A stretch of DNA of 64,000 nucleotides from a virus. The translations under genes were made by a program, and so were the position numbers. This document shows, one piece after another, positions 8,726 to 17,648 of this stretch. The notes below the pieces were generated by a model, which worked only from the letters and a program-made list of their open reading frames with translations, made no database searches and was not told where the DNA came from. Numbering within the stretch: the stretch's first letter is position 1; each line of letters opens with the position of its first letter. The DNA is taken from the IMG/VR virus record IMGVR_UViG_3300043399_000524, positions 64,001 to 128,000 of that record, one strand, 5' to 3'.

Positions 8726-9436
8726 ATGAAATTAACAGATTTTGATAAAAAGCCAGTAGAAGTTGCTCAAAGAGCACTAAAAGAACATTATGGTAGATCC
8801 ATTGATGTTAGCAAAATGTCTTACGCACAAGTAAGAACAATGCTCAGTAAAGTTCGTGGATTAATGAACGAATCAAAAGCAAGCAGCGACTACTACAAAG
8901 ATAACTCAGCATACATGAAACTAGTTTTCATGGAGCAAGCACTAAGCAAGCAATTTGCTCAACTAAGCGCAAATCGTCCTCGCATTGTTGTCGAAAATGA
9001 AGAAGTTGAAAAGTCTCAGACTATTCTTGCTGCTCAAGATATGGTTGATTCTATTCAAAAGATGGTTGAGCAAGTTTCTGACATGATTGTCAAAGAATTG
9101 CCTGCACTAGTTGATAGCGTTCAAAGTGAAATCGGTGTCAATGAAAGCCAACAGTTTCAGCAGCAGGCCAGCGAGGCATTGACTTCCCTGCAAGCAGCAT
9201 TGACACAAAGCCAAACAACAATGAAGGAAGCCGTCAATGGCATCACCGGTCAAGGTGGCATGGGAGCATTTGATGCTGGCGCCGACATGGGAGCAGATGC
9301 AGATATGGGCGGAGAAGAATTTGCTGACATAGGTGCTTCTGAAGAACTTCCCGGAGGCGAGGAAGAAGTTGATCTAGACATAGGTGCTGAAGAAGAACCT
9401 GAAGATGTTGGGTCAGTAGGCCGCGCCAAAAGATAA
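8726..9436 (+). CDS. Coiled-coil protein with acidic tail; probable prohead core/scaffold-type protein
   Basis: Helical heptads, very acidic C-terminus, late promoter 8693, LMNE|S and VVE|N motifs. Confidence 0.5.
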   Translation: MKLTDFDKKPVEVAQRALKEHYGRSIDVSKMSYAQVRTMLSKVRGLMNESKASSDYYKDNSAYMKLVFMEQALSKQFAQLSANRPRIVVENEEVEKSQTILAAQDMVDSIQKMVEQVSDMIVKELPALVDSVQSEIGVNESQQFQQQASEALTSLQAALTQSQTTMKEAVNGITGQGGMGAFDAGADMGADADMGGEEFADIGASEELPGGEEEVDLDIGAEEEPEDVGSVGRAKR

Positions 9437-9437
9437 T

Positions 9438-9758
9438 ATGAGATTATTTGAGTTCACCGACAGTCCACTAGTGGTTGGGTTGGTAGCAAGTACTAACCAG
9501 CTTAAACACGAAATAGATAGTGGTAAAGCAAGACCTGATTGGACTGTAGCAGAACTATTGAATTATTATAAAGATAATGATATCATTATCGACAAGAGCG
9601 ATTTGTATAATATGATTAAACAACCTCCCCTAAATAAGTATATTACAAATATACAAGGGGACAATGTAGTTTTCAAAGGACAATCAGAACCGGGTGAGCA
9701 AAAGCCTGACGAGAAGAAAAAGGTTGTTCAGCAAATGGCTAAAAAAGCAATGAAATGA
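9438..9758 (+). CDS. Hypothetical protein
   Basis: 106 aa, starts MRLFEF. Confidence 0.7.
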   Translation: MRLFEFTDSPLVVGLVASTNQLKHEIDSGKARPDWTVAELLNYYKDNDIIIDKSDLYNMIKQPPLNKYITNIQGDNVVFKGQSEPGEQKPDEKKKVVQQMAKKAMK

Positions 9759-10075
9759 TAACTCTGACAGACAAAGCAAAAAGTAAAATACAACAACAAA
9801 TTAAAAAGCGTGGCAAAGGCCTGGGTATTCGTGTAGGAGTTAAGACTACAGGTTGCTCAGGTTTAGCTTATGTGCTTGAGTATGTTGACAATCCAGTAGA
9901 GGGTGATATCGCTGTTGATTGCGAGGGTTGCTCATTGTTTGTTGATCCTAAAAGTTGCCCATATGTTCAAGGTATGACTATTGATTTTGTTAGAAATGGA
10001 CTTAATGAAGGTTTTGAATTTAGCAATCCAAACGAGCGTGACCGTTGCGGTTGCGGGGAAAGTTTCAGAGTATAA
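9755..10075 (+). CDS. iscA: Iron-sulfur cluster assembly A-type carrier (IscA/HesB)
   Basis: TTGCSGLAY and CGCGESF signatures. Confidence 0.95.
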   Translation: MITLTDKAKSKIQQQIKKRGKGLGIRVGVKTTGCSGLAYVLEYVDNPVEGDIAVDCEGCSLFVDPKSCPYVQGMTIDFVRNGLNEGFEFSNPNERDRCGCGESFRV

Positions 10076-10078
10076 GTA

Positions 10079-10107
10079 TTGACAATGATTGATTCTTGTG
10101 CTAGAAT
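10079..10107 (+). promoter_or_regulatory. sigma70 promoter; predicted +1 coincides with the ATG
   Basis: TTGACA-17-TAGAAT; ATG 10114 is 7 nt downstream; no SD. Confidence 0.85.
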
Positions 10108-10113
10108 TAAAGA

Positions 10114-10800
10114 ATGTATATTCCAAACAAATATAATTATGTTTCAATTAATAGGGAAACAATAAATGGTGAACGAAGATACGCTACACCTGACGGTGAG
10201 AAACTACCTAGCGTAACTACGATACTTTCTGCAACAGCCCCAAAAGAAAAACTTCAAGCATTGCAGGAATGGCGCAATCGTGTGGGCCATAAACAAGCAC
10301 AGGCAATCACTACAGAAGCTGCAGGCCGTGGCACACGAATGCACAAGTGGTTAGAAGATTATGTAAAAACAGGAGTTATAGGTGTCCCCGGAAGCAATCC
10401 ATACAGCATCCAAAGCCATAAAATGGCATCTACCATCATTTATGAAGGACTTAGTAAATGTAATGAATATTGGGGGACAGAAGTTCCCCTTTATTTTCCT
10501 AAAGTATATGCCGGAACAACTGACCTGGTTGGCGTTCATGATGGTAGTCCTGCTATCATGGATCACAAGCAATCTAACAAATTGAAAAAGCGTGAGTGGA
10601 TCGAAGACTATTTCCTACAGTTAGCAGCGTACGCCAATGCACACAACGAAGTACACGGTACAAATATTCGCAAGGGTGTCATTTTTATGTGTACCGCAGA
10701 CAATATCTACCAAGAATTCATCGTTGAGGGTAATGAATTTGATGAGTGGACAAACAAATGGTTTGAACGGGTTGAAAAATATTACACACAGTTCTTGTAA
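10114..10800 (+). CDS. PD-(D/E)XK exonuclease (RecB/Cas4-like fold, no Fe-S cysteines)
   Basis: LPSVTTIL, RGTRMH, E...YAGTTD...IMDHK, QLAAY. Confidence 0.85.
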   Translation: MYIPNKYNYVSINRETINGERRYATPDGEKLPSVTTILSATAPKEKLQALQEWRNRVGHKQAQAITTEAAGRGTRMHKWLEDYVKTGVIGVPGSNPYSIQSHKMASTIIYEGLSKCNEYWGTEVPLYFPKVYAGTTDLVGVHDGSPAIMDHKQSNKLKKREWIEDYFLQLAAYANAHNEVHGTNIRKGVIFMCTADNIYQEFIVEGNEFDEWTNKWFERVEKYYTQFL

Positions 10801-10844
10801 TGGATTTTAGATAAATAAGTATAAATCTGCAAAGAATTACACTT

Positions 10845-13439
10845 ATGGCTATTATACAAATTTCAAAAATCCAACAAAGATCCGGAAACTTAGTCGATCT
10901 ACCACAACTTGATGAAGCTCAATTTGGTTGGGCTACAGACGCTAAGAAATTGTTCATTGGTAAAACCACAGGAAACATAGAAAATATTGAAGTATTAACT
11001 AGTTATTCCAATATTAGTTTCAGCCAAATTGATGGGTCTGACGGCGGCAATTTTAATATTAGCAACGCTACTAATGGACAAATACTGACATATGTAGAGT
11101 TAACAAATACTTGGGAGAATTGGACAGGAAATGCATCTCAACTAAGTAATTCAAAAATACAATTAGGTGATGTTTCAAACATCAGTATAGAAGGCGGCGC
11201 AACTGGCTATGTCTTAGAAACAGATGGTGTAGGTAATCTTGCCTGGACAAGTAAGGGAACATTAAGGTCGGCCATTTATGGGTTATCAAATGCAACTCCC
11301 ATAATAATGACAGTTGAAAATACTACTCCATATACAAATAAATTACCAGTTACTATTAGTGGCGCAAATGCAGATAATGCTAACTCAATTGTAAATGGAC
11401 AAACCTTCTTTGTTAAACTATCAGTAGATTTCCCTACAACTGGAAATGTTGAATTATATACCTCCTCTAATTTAGATATGGCTAATGCGGCAGTAGGTAC
11501 AGGGTTAAACAACTATGTTTCAAATTCAGGTATAGCAACTGCACTATTAAGTGCTGGGGTAGTACCCAATGCAGGCGGCTCCGTCAATACTATACAGTTT
11601 AATAACAGTGGAATATTAGACGGTTCGGCAAACTTTACTTTTTCTGGTGGAAACTTAGTAACATTGAATGGTAATCTTATTGCTGGTAATGTGAACGGTG
11701 GAAATCTAGTATCAGCAAATTACGTTTCGGGTGTGTTGACTACAGCATCACAACCTAACATTACTGCTACTGGTGTATTAGCAAATTTAAGTATTAGTGG
11801 CAACATCAATGTTGGGGATATAAATGTTTCTGGTAATATAATACCCACTGCAAATGTAACTTATAATTTAGGTAATTCTACTAACGCATTTAAAGATTTG
11901 TATCTTTCTGGTACAAGCATTTCACTAGGAACGCAAACAATAACGTCAAACGTTAACGGAGTAATATTATCTAATACAGTTTTTGCATCTGCTTTAAGTA
12001 TAACCGGTAATGCAGATATTGGAAATATTAATACTAGTGGCACAATAAGTTCTACTGGTACTGCTACAGTTGGTAATTTAAGCACAGGTGGCACAATAAC
12101 TTCTACTGGTACTGCTACAGTTGGTAATTTAACTACTAGTGGTACAATAACTTCTACCGGTACTGCTACAGTTGGTAATTTAACTACTGGTGGTACAATA
12201 ACTTCTACTGGTAATATTGCCGGTGGAAACTTAACAACAAATGGAAACGTAACGGCTAATAACATTTCTGCTACTGGTAACGTTACCGCTGCAAATTTTA
12301 TCGGATCAGGTAATGGATCTCCTACTATTAATAGTGCAAGCACTTTAACTATTTCTGCTAATTCAGGGGTGACATTAGGCAATGTTACTATTTTATCTAC
12401 TGGCTCCAATACTACCGCAGGAACAATTGTTGGTAATTGGACGTTAGATGGAAGTTTTAATGCATCAGGTAATTTGGGTACATCTGGTAATTTGAGTTCA
12501 ACTGGTAATTTAAATATTACTGGTAACATGACAATTGCTACGAGTCCTGTTTTAAATAGTAAATTTGGTGTAATATCTTCTGGAAGATTATTGGGAGTAT
12601 ACACTAATAGAGTCGGTATTGGTAGTTATTATGCTGATTATAATGGTACTAATGATATTACATCTGCTGATGCTACTAGCGTAAGTAGACTAGGTACTAT
12701 TTTGGATACCGGAATAGCTTCATCAAATACTTCTGTTGCATTCGGTACCAGTTACGGCAGCAATCCGGCAGGTCTAGCATTTGTTTCTGGTACTGCACAG
12801 GACGTACTTAGAATCGCTACTGGTTTACCGCCTACTTATACGGGAAATATCAATGCTGTTTTATTGGGGTACCCCAGCGGTGGACCAAGAATTCTAGTGC
12901 AGAATTATGCACTTGTCGATGATTCACCGAATACTATCACTCATGTTGCTACTACACATAAATTTGTAGGAGAATTATCAACAACAAATATTACAACCGG
13001 CGCAAACACGACCGCAGGAAGTTTGACAGGAAATTGGACATTAACAGCAGGATCTCAATTACAAGCAACATACGCTGACTTGGCTGAATATTACGAAGCT
13101 GATGCTACTTATGAACCAGGAACAGTTTTAGAATTTGGCGGACTAAAAGAAGTTACATTAGCTGAAGATGAAACAACTAAAGTAGCAGGTGTTGTTTCAA
13201 CCAATCCGGCTTATGTGATGAATACCAACTGTAAAGGGTTTGCCGTAGCTATTGCTCTGCAAGGAAGAGTTCCAGTAAAAGTTAAAGGCAATATAAAGAA
13301 GGGTGATATGATGGTTAGTGCTGGTGATGGATTTGCAAGACCCACAAATAGCCCTAAATTAGGTACTATCATAGGAAAAGCATTGGCTGACTTCAATGGA
13401 ATTGAGGGTATAATAGAAATTGCTGTAGGAAGATTGTAA
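10845..13439 (+). CDS. Tail fibre/spike protein with C-terminal autocleaving chaperone-like domain
   Basis: G/N/T-rich beta repeats; C-terminal YADLAEYY...GTV...GVVSTNPAY...GRVPVKV...IIGKAL. Confidence 0.75.
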   Translation: MAIIQISKIQQRSGNLVDLPQLDEAQFGWATDAKKLFIGKTTGNIENIEVLTSYSNISFSQIDGSDGGNFNISNATNGQILTYVELTNTWENWTGNASQLSNSKIQLGDVSNISIEGGATGYVLETDGVGNLAWTSKGTLRSAIYGLSNATPIIMTVENTTPYTNKLPVTISGANADNANSIVNGQTFFVKLSVDFPTTGNVELYTSSNLDMANAAVGTGLNNYVSNSGIATALLSAGVVPNAGGSVNTIQFNNSGILDGSANFTFSGGNLVTLNGNLIAGNVNGGNLVSANYVSGVLTTASQPNITATGVLANLSISGNINVGDINVSGNIIPTANVTYNLGNSTNAFKDLYLSGTSISLGTQTITSNVNGVILSNTVFASALSITGNADIGNINTSGTISSTGTATVGNLSTGGTITSTGTATVGNLTTSGTITSTGTATVGNLTTGGTITSTGNIAGGNLTTNGNVTANNISATGNVTAANFIGSGNGSPTINSASTLTISANSGVTLGNVTILSTGSNTTAGTIVGNWTLDGSFNASGNLGTSGNLSSTGNLNITGNMTIATSPVLNSKFGVISSGRLLGVYTNRVGIGSYYADYNGTNDITSADATSVSRLGTILDTGIASSNTSVAFGTSYGSNPAGLAFVSGTAQDVLRIATGLPPTYTGNINAVLLGYPSGGPRILVQNYALVDDSPNTITHVATTHKFVGELSTTNITTGANTTAGSLTGNWTLTAGSQLQATYADLAEYYEADATYEPGTVLEFGGLKEVTLAEDETTKVAGVVSTNPAYVMNTNCKGFAVAIALQGRVPVKVKGNIKKGDMMVSAGDGFARPTNSPKLGTIIGKALADFNGIEGIIEIAVGRL
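12039..12215 (+). repeat. 51-bp (17 aa) tandem repeat, about 3.5 copies
   Basis: GG(C/T)ACAATAA(G/C)TTCTAC(T/C)GGTACTGCTACAGTTGGTAATTTAA recurs at 12039, 12090, 12141 and 12192 (GTITSTGTATVGNL). Confidence 0.9.
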
Positions 13440-13443
13440 AAAT

Positions 13444-15456
13444 ATGAGTGAGAAAAAAGTTTATCAGATTGGATGTTATACTGAAGCCGGCTGGGATATA
13501 GTTCATGAATTACTAACTAGAGATGGAACATTAGAAGATAATATTCCTCCTAGGAGTGTTGAATTAGTAGACTATAAAGAGCATAGTCCAACTAGATCAA
13601 CTTATCTTTTGTCTGATGAAGAAGCCGAAGAATTAAAAAAACGTCCTGAAATTAAATTTGTCAATATAGATTATACTAGCTACGGAGATCAATACAAACC
13701 ACCGGCAAAAGATTTGTATTGCGACTATAGATATTCATCTAATGTAAAGTCTTATAGAAATTTTTATTCTCCCAATCAATTGCCTGCATCTCCGACTTCG
13801 GCAGACTTGAACAGAAATGGGTATCAATTATATAGGTGTACACAAAAATTAAATCCATGGGCGGGTGTAAGTGACACTACAGTTTTTAATGATAGAATAC
13901 AAAAAACCGGTACTGGTCTAGGAGTAGATGTTATAGTAAGTGATGACGGGTGTTGGTTTGGTCACTCTGAATTTCAAAACAATACAGGATCTGGTCCTAC
14001 TGATTATATAGGTGGTAATGTATTGCCCGGAAACGGTACATGTGATTTGTTAGATTTATATCTGGACAGTCCTTATTATATTGACCCAGACTGGTTCAAC
14101 GCAGATCCTGCAACTAGGCTAATTACAAGATGGGATGGAACCATTGTTCCAGTTGAGCAAGTCGCTAGAGATTGGTGGAGTAATCCCACAAAAAGGTCAG
14201 CCAAATTTGCAGGAATAGGAACTGTTCCGGAGCGCACTGCATATACAAGAGATACTTGTAATGGATCTAACACATTTAAACTGGGGATATTTGCTCAAGG
14301 AACACATGGAACACCGTGTAGTTCTTTAGCATATGGTAGAACACTAGGATGGGCATATAATGCCAATAAATGGGCTGTCAATATTCTTGGTTTAAACTCT
14401 ATATCAGAAGAATCATATTTTGATATGATGAAAATATTTCATCAAAATAAACCAATAAACCCTTCTTATGGAAATAAAAACCCTACAATAAGTTCTAATA
14501 GTTGGGGATACAGATATGCAATAAGTACGTTTAGTTCATTTAATACTTATTACTATCGTGTAGGAACTACTGGTTCGGGAGGGATTAATAAACCCACTCT
14601 CCCTGGTTTTTTATATTATTTAGGTTATTTTGATAATTCAAGAATTTCTAGTGAAATGCTAGATAACTCAATTAGTGAAGCTGGAAAAGAAATGATAGAT
14701 TCCGGGGTTATTTTTGTCGCGGCAGCCGGCAACAATAATCAAAAAATAGTAGGATCAAATCATCCTGATTACAATAATTATTGGGCAAATAATCAGAATG
14801 TACCTCTAGCAAATGCAACCTACACTGATTACTATGATAGGGTATATTACCAAACATCAAGCCGCCGCGGTTATCCTACCCAGTTAGGGAAATATACCAA
14901 TACAGGTTCGGTTGTATATCCTGTAATTGCAGTTGGCGCATTAGATGGACGTATGTACTCTCCTAATACAATAGAATATATAGCCAACTATAGTATGCGG
15001 GGCGAGTCAGTTGATTTATATGCTCCCGGAGATGGTGTTTTGGCTGCAAGTACGTGGCAGGCAGATTCTGGCTATACACAATATAATAGGGCAGATACGT
15101 ATCCTGGTGCTAATTTTACATTTCAGGATATATATTTTAATGGTACTAGCGCAGCATGTCCTGTCACAACAGGTTTAATTGCCACCGCATTACAATACAA
15201 TAGAAATTGGACTTGGCAAGATGTTAAAGCGTGGATAAACACATTAGAATTGCAGACTGAATCTGCTTTTTATCAAGGACCAGATCCCAATACTGCTGAA
15301 AGTCCAGACTGGAGTAGTTTTACTAGTCTAATGGGAGGCTCAAGACGTATATTATATAACAATGTCACAATACCCACGCCTCCGGTTGTAACTAATCTTC
15401 GTATAGCTGGATCAGGACTTCGACTTGGTGGTAATGGTTTAACAATCAGTTTGTAA
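13444..15456 (+). CDS. Subtilisin-like S8 serine protease
   Basis: VIVSDDG (Asp), HGTPCSS (His), AAAGNNN (oxyanion Asn), NGTSAACP (Ser); N-terminal I9-like propeptide. Confidence 0.88.
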   Translation: MSEKKVYQIGCYTEAGWDIVHELLTRDGTLEDNIPPRSVELVDYKEHSPTRSTYLLSDEEAEELKKRPEIKFVNIDYTSYGDQYKPPAKDLYCDYRYSSNVKSYRNFYSPNQLPASPTSADLNRNGYQLYRCTQKLNPWAGVSDTTVFNDRIQKTGTGLGVDVIVSDDGCWFGHSEFQNNTGSGPTDYIGGNVLPGNGTCDLLDLYLDSPYYIDPDWFNADPATRLITRWDGTIVPVEQVARDWWSNPTKRSAKFAGIGTVPERTAYTRDTCNGSNTFKLGIFAQGTHGTPCSSLAYGRTLGWAYNANKWAVNILGLNSISEESYFDMMKIFHQNKPINPSYGNKNPTISSNSWGYRYAISTFSSFNTYYYRVGTTGSGGINKPTLPGFLYYLGYFDNSRISSEMLDNSISEAGKEMIDSGVIFVAAAGNNNQKIVGSNHPDYNNYWANNQNVPLANATYTDYYDRVYYQTSSRRGYPTQLGKYTNTGSVVYPVIAVGALDGRMYSPNTIEYIANYSMRGESVDLYAPGDGVLAASTWQADSGYTQYNRADTYPGANFTFQDIYFNGTSAACPVTTGLIATALQYNRNWTWQDVKAWINTLELQTESAFYQGPDPNTAESPDWSSFTSLMGGSRRILYNNVTIPTPPVVTNLRIAGSGLRLGGNGLTISL

Positions 15457-15481
15457 TAAATACAATACAGGAATACAAAAA

Positions 15482-15769
15482 ATGGCGTCATACATATATA
15501 CCGCGACAGGCTCTAGTCAAAAATCAGCCGCAATTCAAACAGATAAGGTTAGAATCTCTACAACAACATCAGCTATAGCAATCGCCATTGGTGATGCCAA
15601 TGTAACTGCTAATTTGACAGCATGTGAAATAGTTCCATCTAACACGGTTCTTAACAGTGTTATTGTTGGGCAAAATAATTATATAGCATTTATTAATGTC
15701 GCAGGGACAGCAGGTGCTTTTAGTGTTACTGAATTAGGTGCTAATCATCCCGAAACTGGCACCGAATAA
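15482..15769 (+). CDS. Small virion-type protein
   Basis: Late promoter 15457, SD AGGA, beta-rich. Confidence 0.6.
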   Translation: MASYIYTATGSSQKSAAIQTDKVRISTTTSAIAIAIGDANVTANLTACEIVPSNTVLNSVIVGQNNYIAFINVAGTAGAFSVTELGANHPETGTE

Positions 15770-15797
15770 TTGTCCATTTCTGATAAATATATAGTAC

Positions 15798-15852
15798 GCT
15801 CTTAATTCTGAGAGTTTATGCGGTCCCCGCCGCGTAGTGGAATAGAACCCAC
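15798..15852 (+). ncRNA. Candidate structured 5' leader RNA (three tandem hairpins)
   Basis: GCTCTTA/TGAGAGT (15798-15815), TATGCGG/CCGCGTA (15817-15836), GTGG/CCAC (15837-15852); GC-rich island between late promoter 15784 and SD 15861. Confidence 0.6.
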
Positions 15853-15873
15853 ATATCAACAAGGAGAAAACAA

Positions 15874-16890
15874 ATGGGACGTCCTTTAAAAATCGCTAAG
15901 GCTCAAGCAGTCTTAACAATCACAGATACAACAGCAGCAACAGATACAGTTACAGTATCTCAAGATATTTCAGCACCACCAACAGGTGTTGGCATTATTG
16001 CAGGTATGCCATTTGTAGTTGCATCAAACGTTGGTGGTCTAACAGCTAACACAACATATTGGGTTTTAGAAGTTATCGATGCTAATAATTTCACAGTTTC
16101 AGCAACTGATTTAAGTGCAAATAGAACTCGCACACCAGTATCATTGTCTGACACAACATCTCAAACAGTCTCCGCTTCCGTCGGTGTAGTTGACGCTTAT
16201 TTCAACAATCCAAACGGTGGCGCAGGTTTCCCAGCAACAAACGCTAACACATACAGTGTAGTTGGTGGTAATACAGCTATTATTGGTCCACAAGTACTAG
16301 CACGTGTTGCTATTGCACAAAATGGTGTAGGTACAATTACAGTAGCCGACGATAGTCCAAACATCACTGGTGTAGGTACAGACTTTGCTAACACGTTGAC
16401 AGATGGAACAGTAATTACAACAGCAGATGGCACATTATTAGGTTATGTAACTGATATCGCTAATGCTAACGCTACATTTGCTACGTTTGCAGCTAACAGC
16501 TTGTCTAATGCTACAAATGTGAGTTTCGTATTTGCTAACAATGAAGCAGGATTTATTGTTCGCCAAAAAGGTAAACAGAAATATCTAGTACAAGGTACAA
16601 CTTCAGGTTTAGTTGGCGCTTGCTTTACAGCTAACCTAGCTAATGCTGATTTATATCCAGGTACTATGAACATTGTTGGTACATATGCTAATGCTGCTAC
16701 AGAAAACGTACAGTCATTAAGCGATCACAATGCAGAATTGTTTACAGCAACCTCTGGCATAACAGCACTGCCAAACGAAACTGCAAACATCAATAATAGC
16801 TCACCAGCATACAGCACGTTCAACACTGCTTACGATGCTGATACATACGGTGGTCAACCATACCCAATCGTAACTATTTCTAATGCATAA
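15874..16890 (+). CDS. Abundant virion structural protein
   Basis: MGRPLK...FIVRQKGKQKYLV; strong SD AAGGAG; highly biased codon usage. Confidence 0.7.
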   Translation: MGRPLKIAKAQAVLTITDTTAATDTVTVSQDISAPPTGVGIIAGMPFVVASNVGGLTANTTYWVLEVIDANNFTVSATDLSANRTRTPVSLSDTTSQTVSASVGVVDAYFNNPNGGAGFPATNANTYSVVGGNTAIIGPQVLARVAIAQNGVGTITVADDSPNITGVGTDFANTLTDGTVITTADGTLLGYVTDIANANATFATFAANSLSNATNVSFVFANNEAGFIVRQKGKQKYLVQGTTSGLVGACFTANLANADLYPGTMNIVGTYANAATENVQSLSDHNAELFTATSGITALPNETANINNSSPAYSTFNTAYDADTYGGQPYPIVTISNA

Positions 16891-16892
16891 TT

Positions 16893-17204
16893 ATGCCAGC
16901 AGCAAAGACTATTAAAATGCCTAAGACAGAAACTGAGGTAGCAATCTTGCAAGTACAAGTTAAAAACATTGAAAATGATGTTTCTGAAATAAAATCAGAA
17001 ATAAAAGATGTTAAACAAGGCCTTGTGGAAAATATGGAAGAAACTAAAAAACTTCTTAGAGATATGAAGGATGCTAGTACCAATGCTCACAAGGCAATGT
17101 CTGAAAAAATCTCTGCGCTAGAAAAATGGCGATGGATGATGATGGGCGCTGGCGTAGTCATAGGATCTTTGGGATTCGATACGCTGGGAAAGCTGTTCAA
17201 ATAA
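16893..17204 (+). CDS. Coiled-coil protein with C-terminal transmembrane helix (XhlA/holin-like topology)
   Basis: Heptad repeats followed by LEKWRWMMMGAGVVIGSLG. Confidence 0.55.
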   Translation: MPAAKTIKMPKTETEVAILQVQVKNIENDVSEIKSEIKDVKQGLVENMEETKKLLRDMKDASTNAHKAMSEKISALEKWRWMMMGAGVVIGSLGFDTLGKLFK

Positions 17205-17230
17205 AAAAGGACTCTTAGGAGTCCTTTTTT
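17203..17230. terminator. Bidirectional terminator between convergent genes
   Basis: AAAAAAGGACTC-ttag-GAGTCCTTTTTT. Confidence 0.92.
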
Positions 17231-17631
17231 GTTAAAGTCAATAATTTAGATTGTACAACATCAAAATTTACGGTGTTAAACAATCCAGGATGTAATGGTT
17301 TAGGATACTGATTATCACCTACCCAAGCATATCCGCAATGCTCATCATTTAGTATGGGCGTAAACTCTTTATCAACTTCACAAAAGAATGTATGATATGT
17401 GAATGAATGATTTACAAATTTTTGAATTGGAATTAATTTTGCTTTTTTGGGAAAGTACCCAATTTCTTCCATACACTCACGTTCAACACCTTCAATAAGT
17501 GTCTCACCTTCTTCAATCTTACCACCTGGTATACCCCAGTTACCGGGATTTTTGTGGTCAGTTCTCAACAGATATAGATACCTGTCTGTCTTTTTTGAAT
17601 AAAAGAAAACTCCTGCTGAAGTATTACTCAT
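17215..17631 (-). CDS. Nudix hydrolase
   Basis: Nudix box GGKIEEGETLIEGVERECMEEIG. Confidence 0.92.
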   Translation of the reverse strand: MSNTSAGVFFYSKKTDRYLYLLRTDHKNPGNWGIPGGKIEEGETLIEGVERECMEEIGYFPKKAKLIPIQKFVNHSFTYHTFFCEVDKEFTPILNDEHCGYAWVGDNQYPKPLHPGLFNTVNFDVVQSKLLTLTKKDS

Positions 17632-17648
17632 ATTATGATTTATCATAA

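Noticed and set aside
10114-10800. Cas4 / CRISPR system
   Set aside because: The nuclease lacks the four Fe-S cysteines; no repeat-spacer array or other cas gene was seen
10801-10830. Possible insulator hairpin GGATTT/AAATCT around late promoter 10812
   Set aside because: Only 5-7 weak pairs, and it does not cover an identifiable SD
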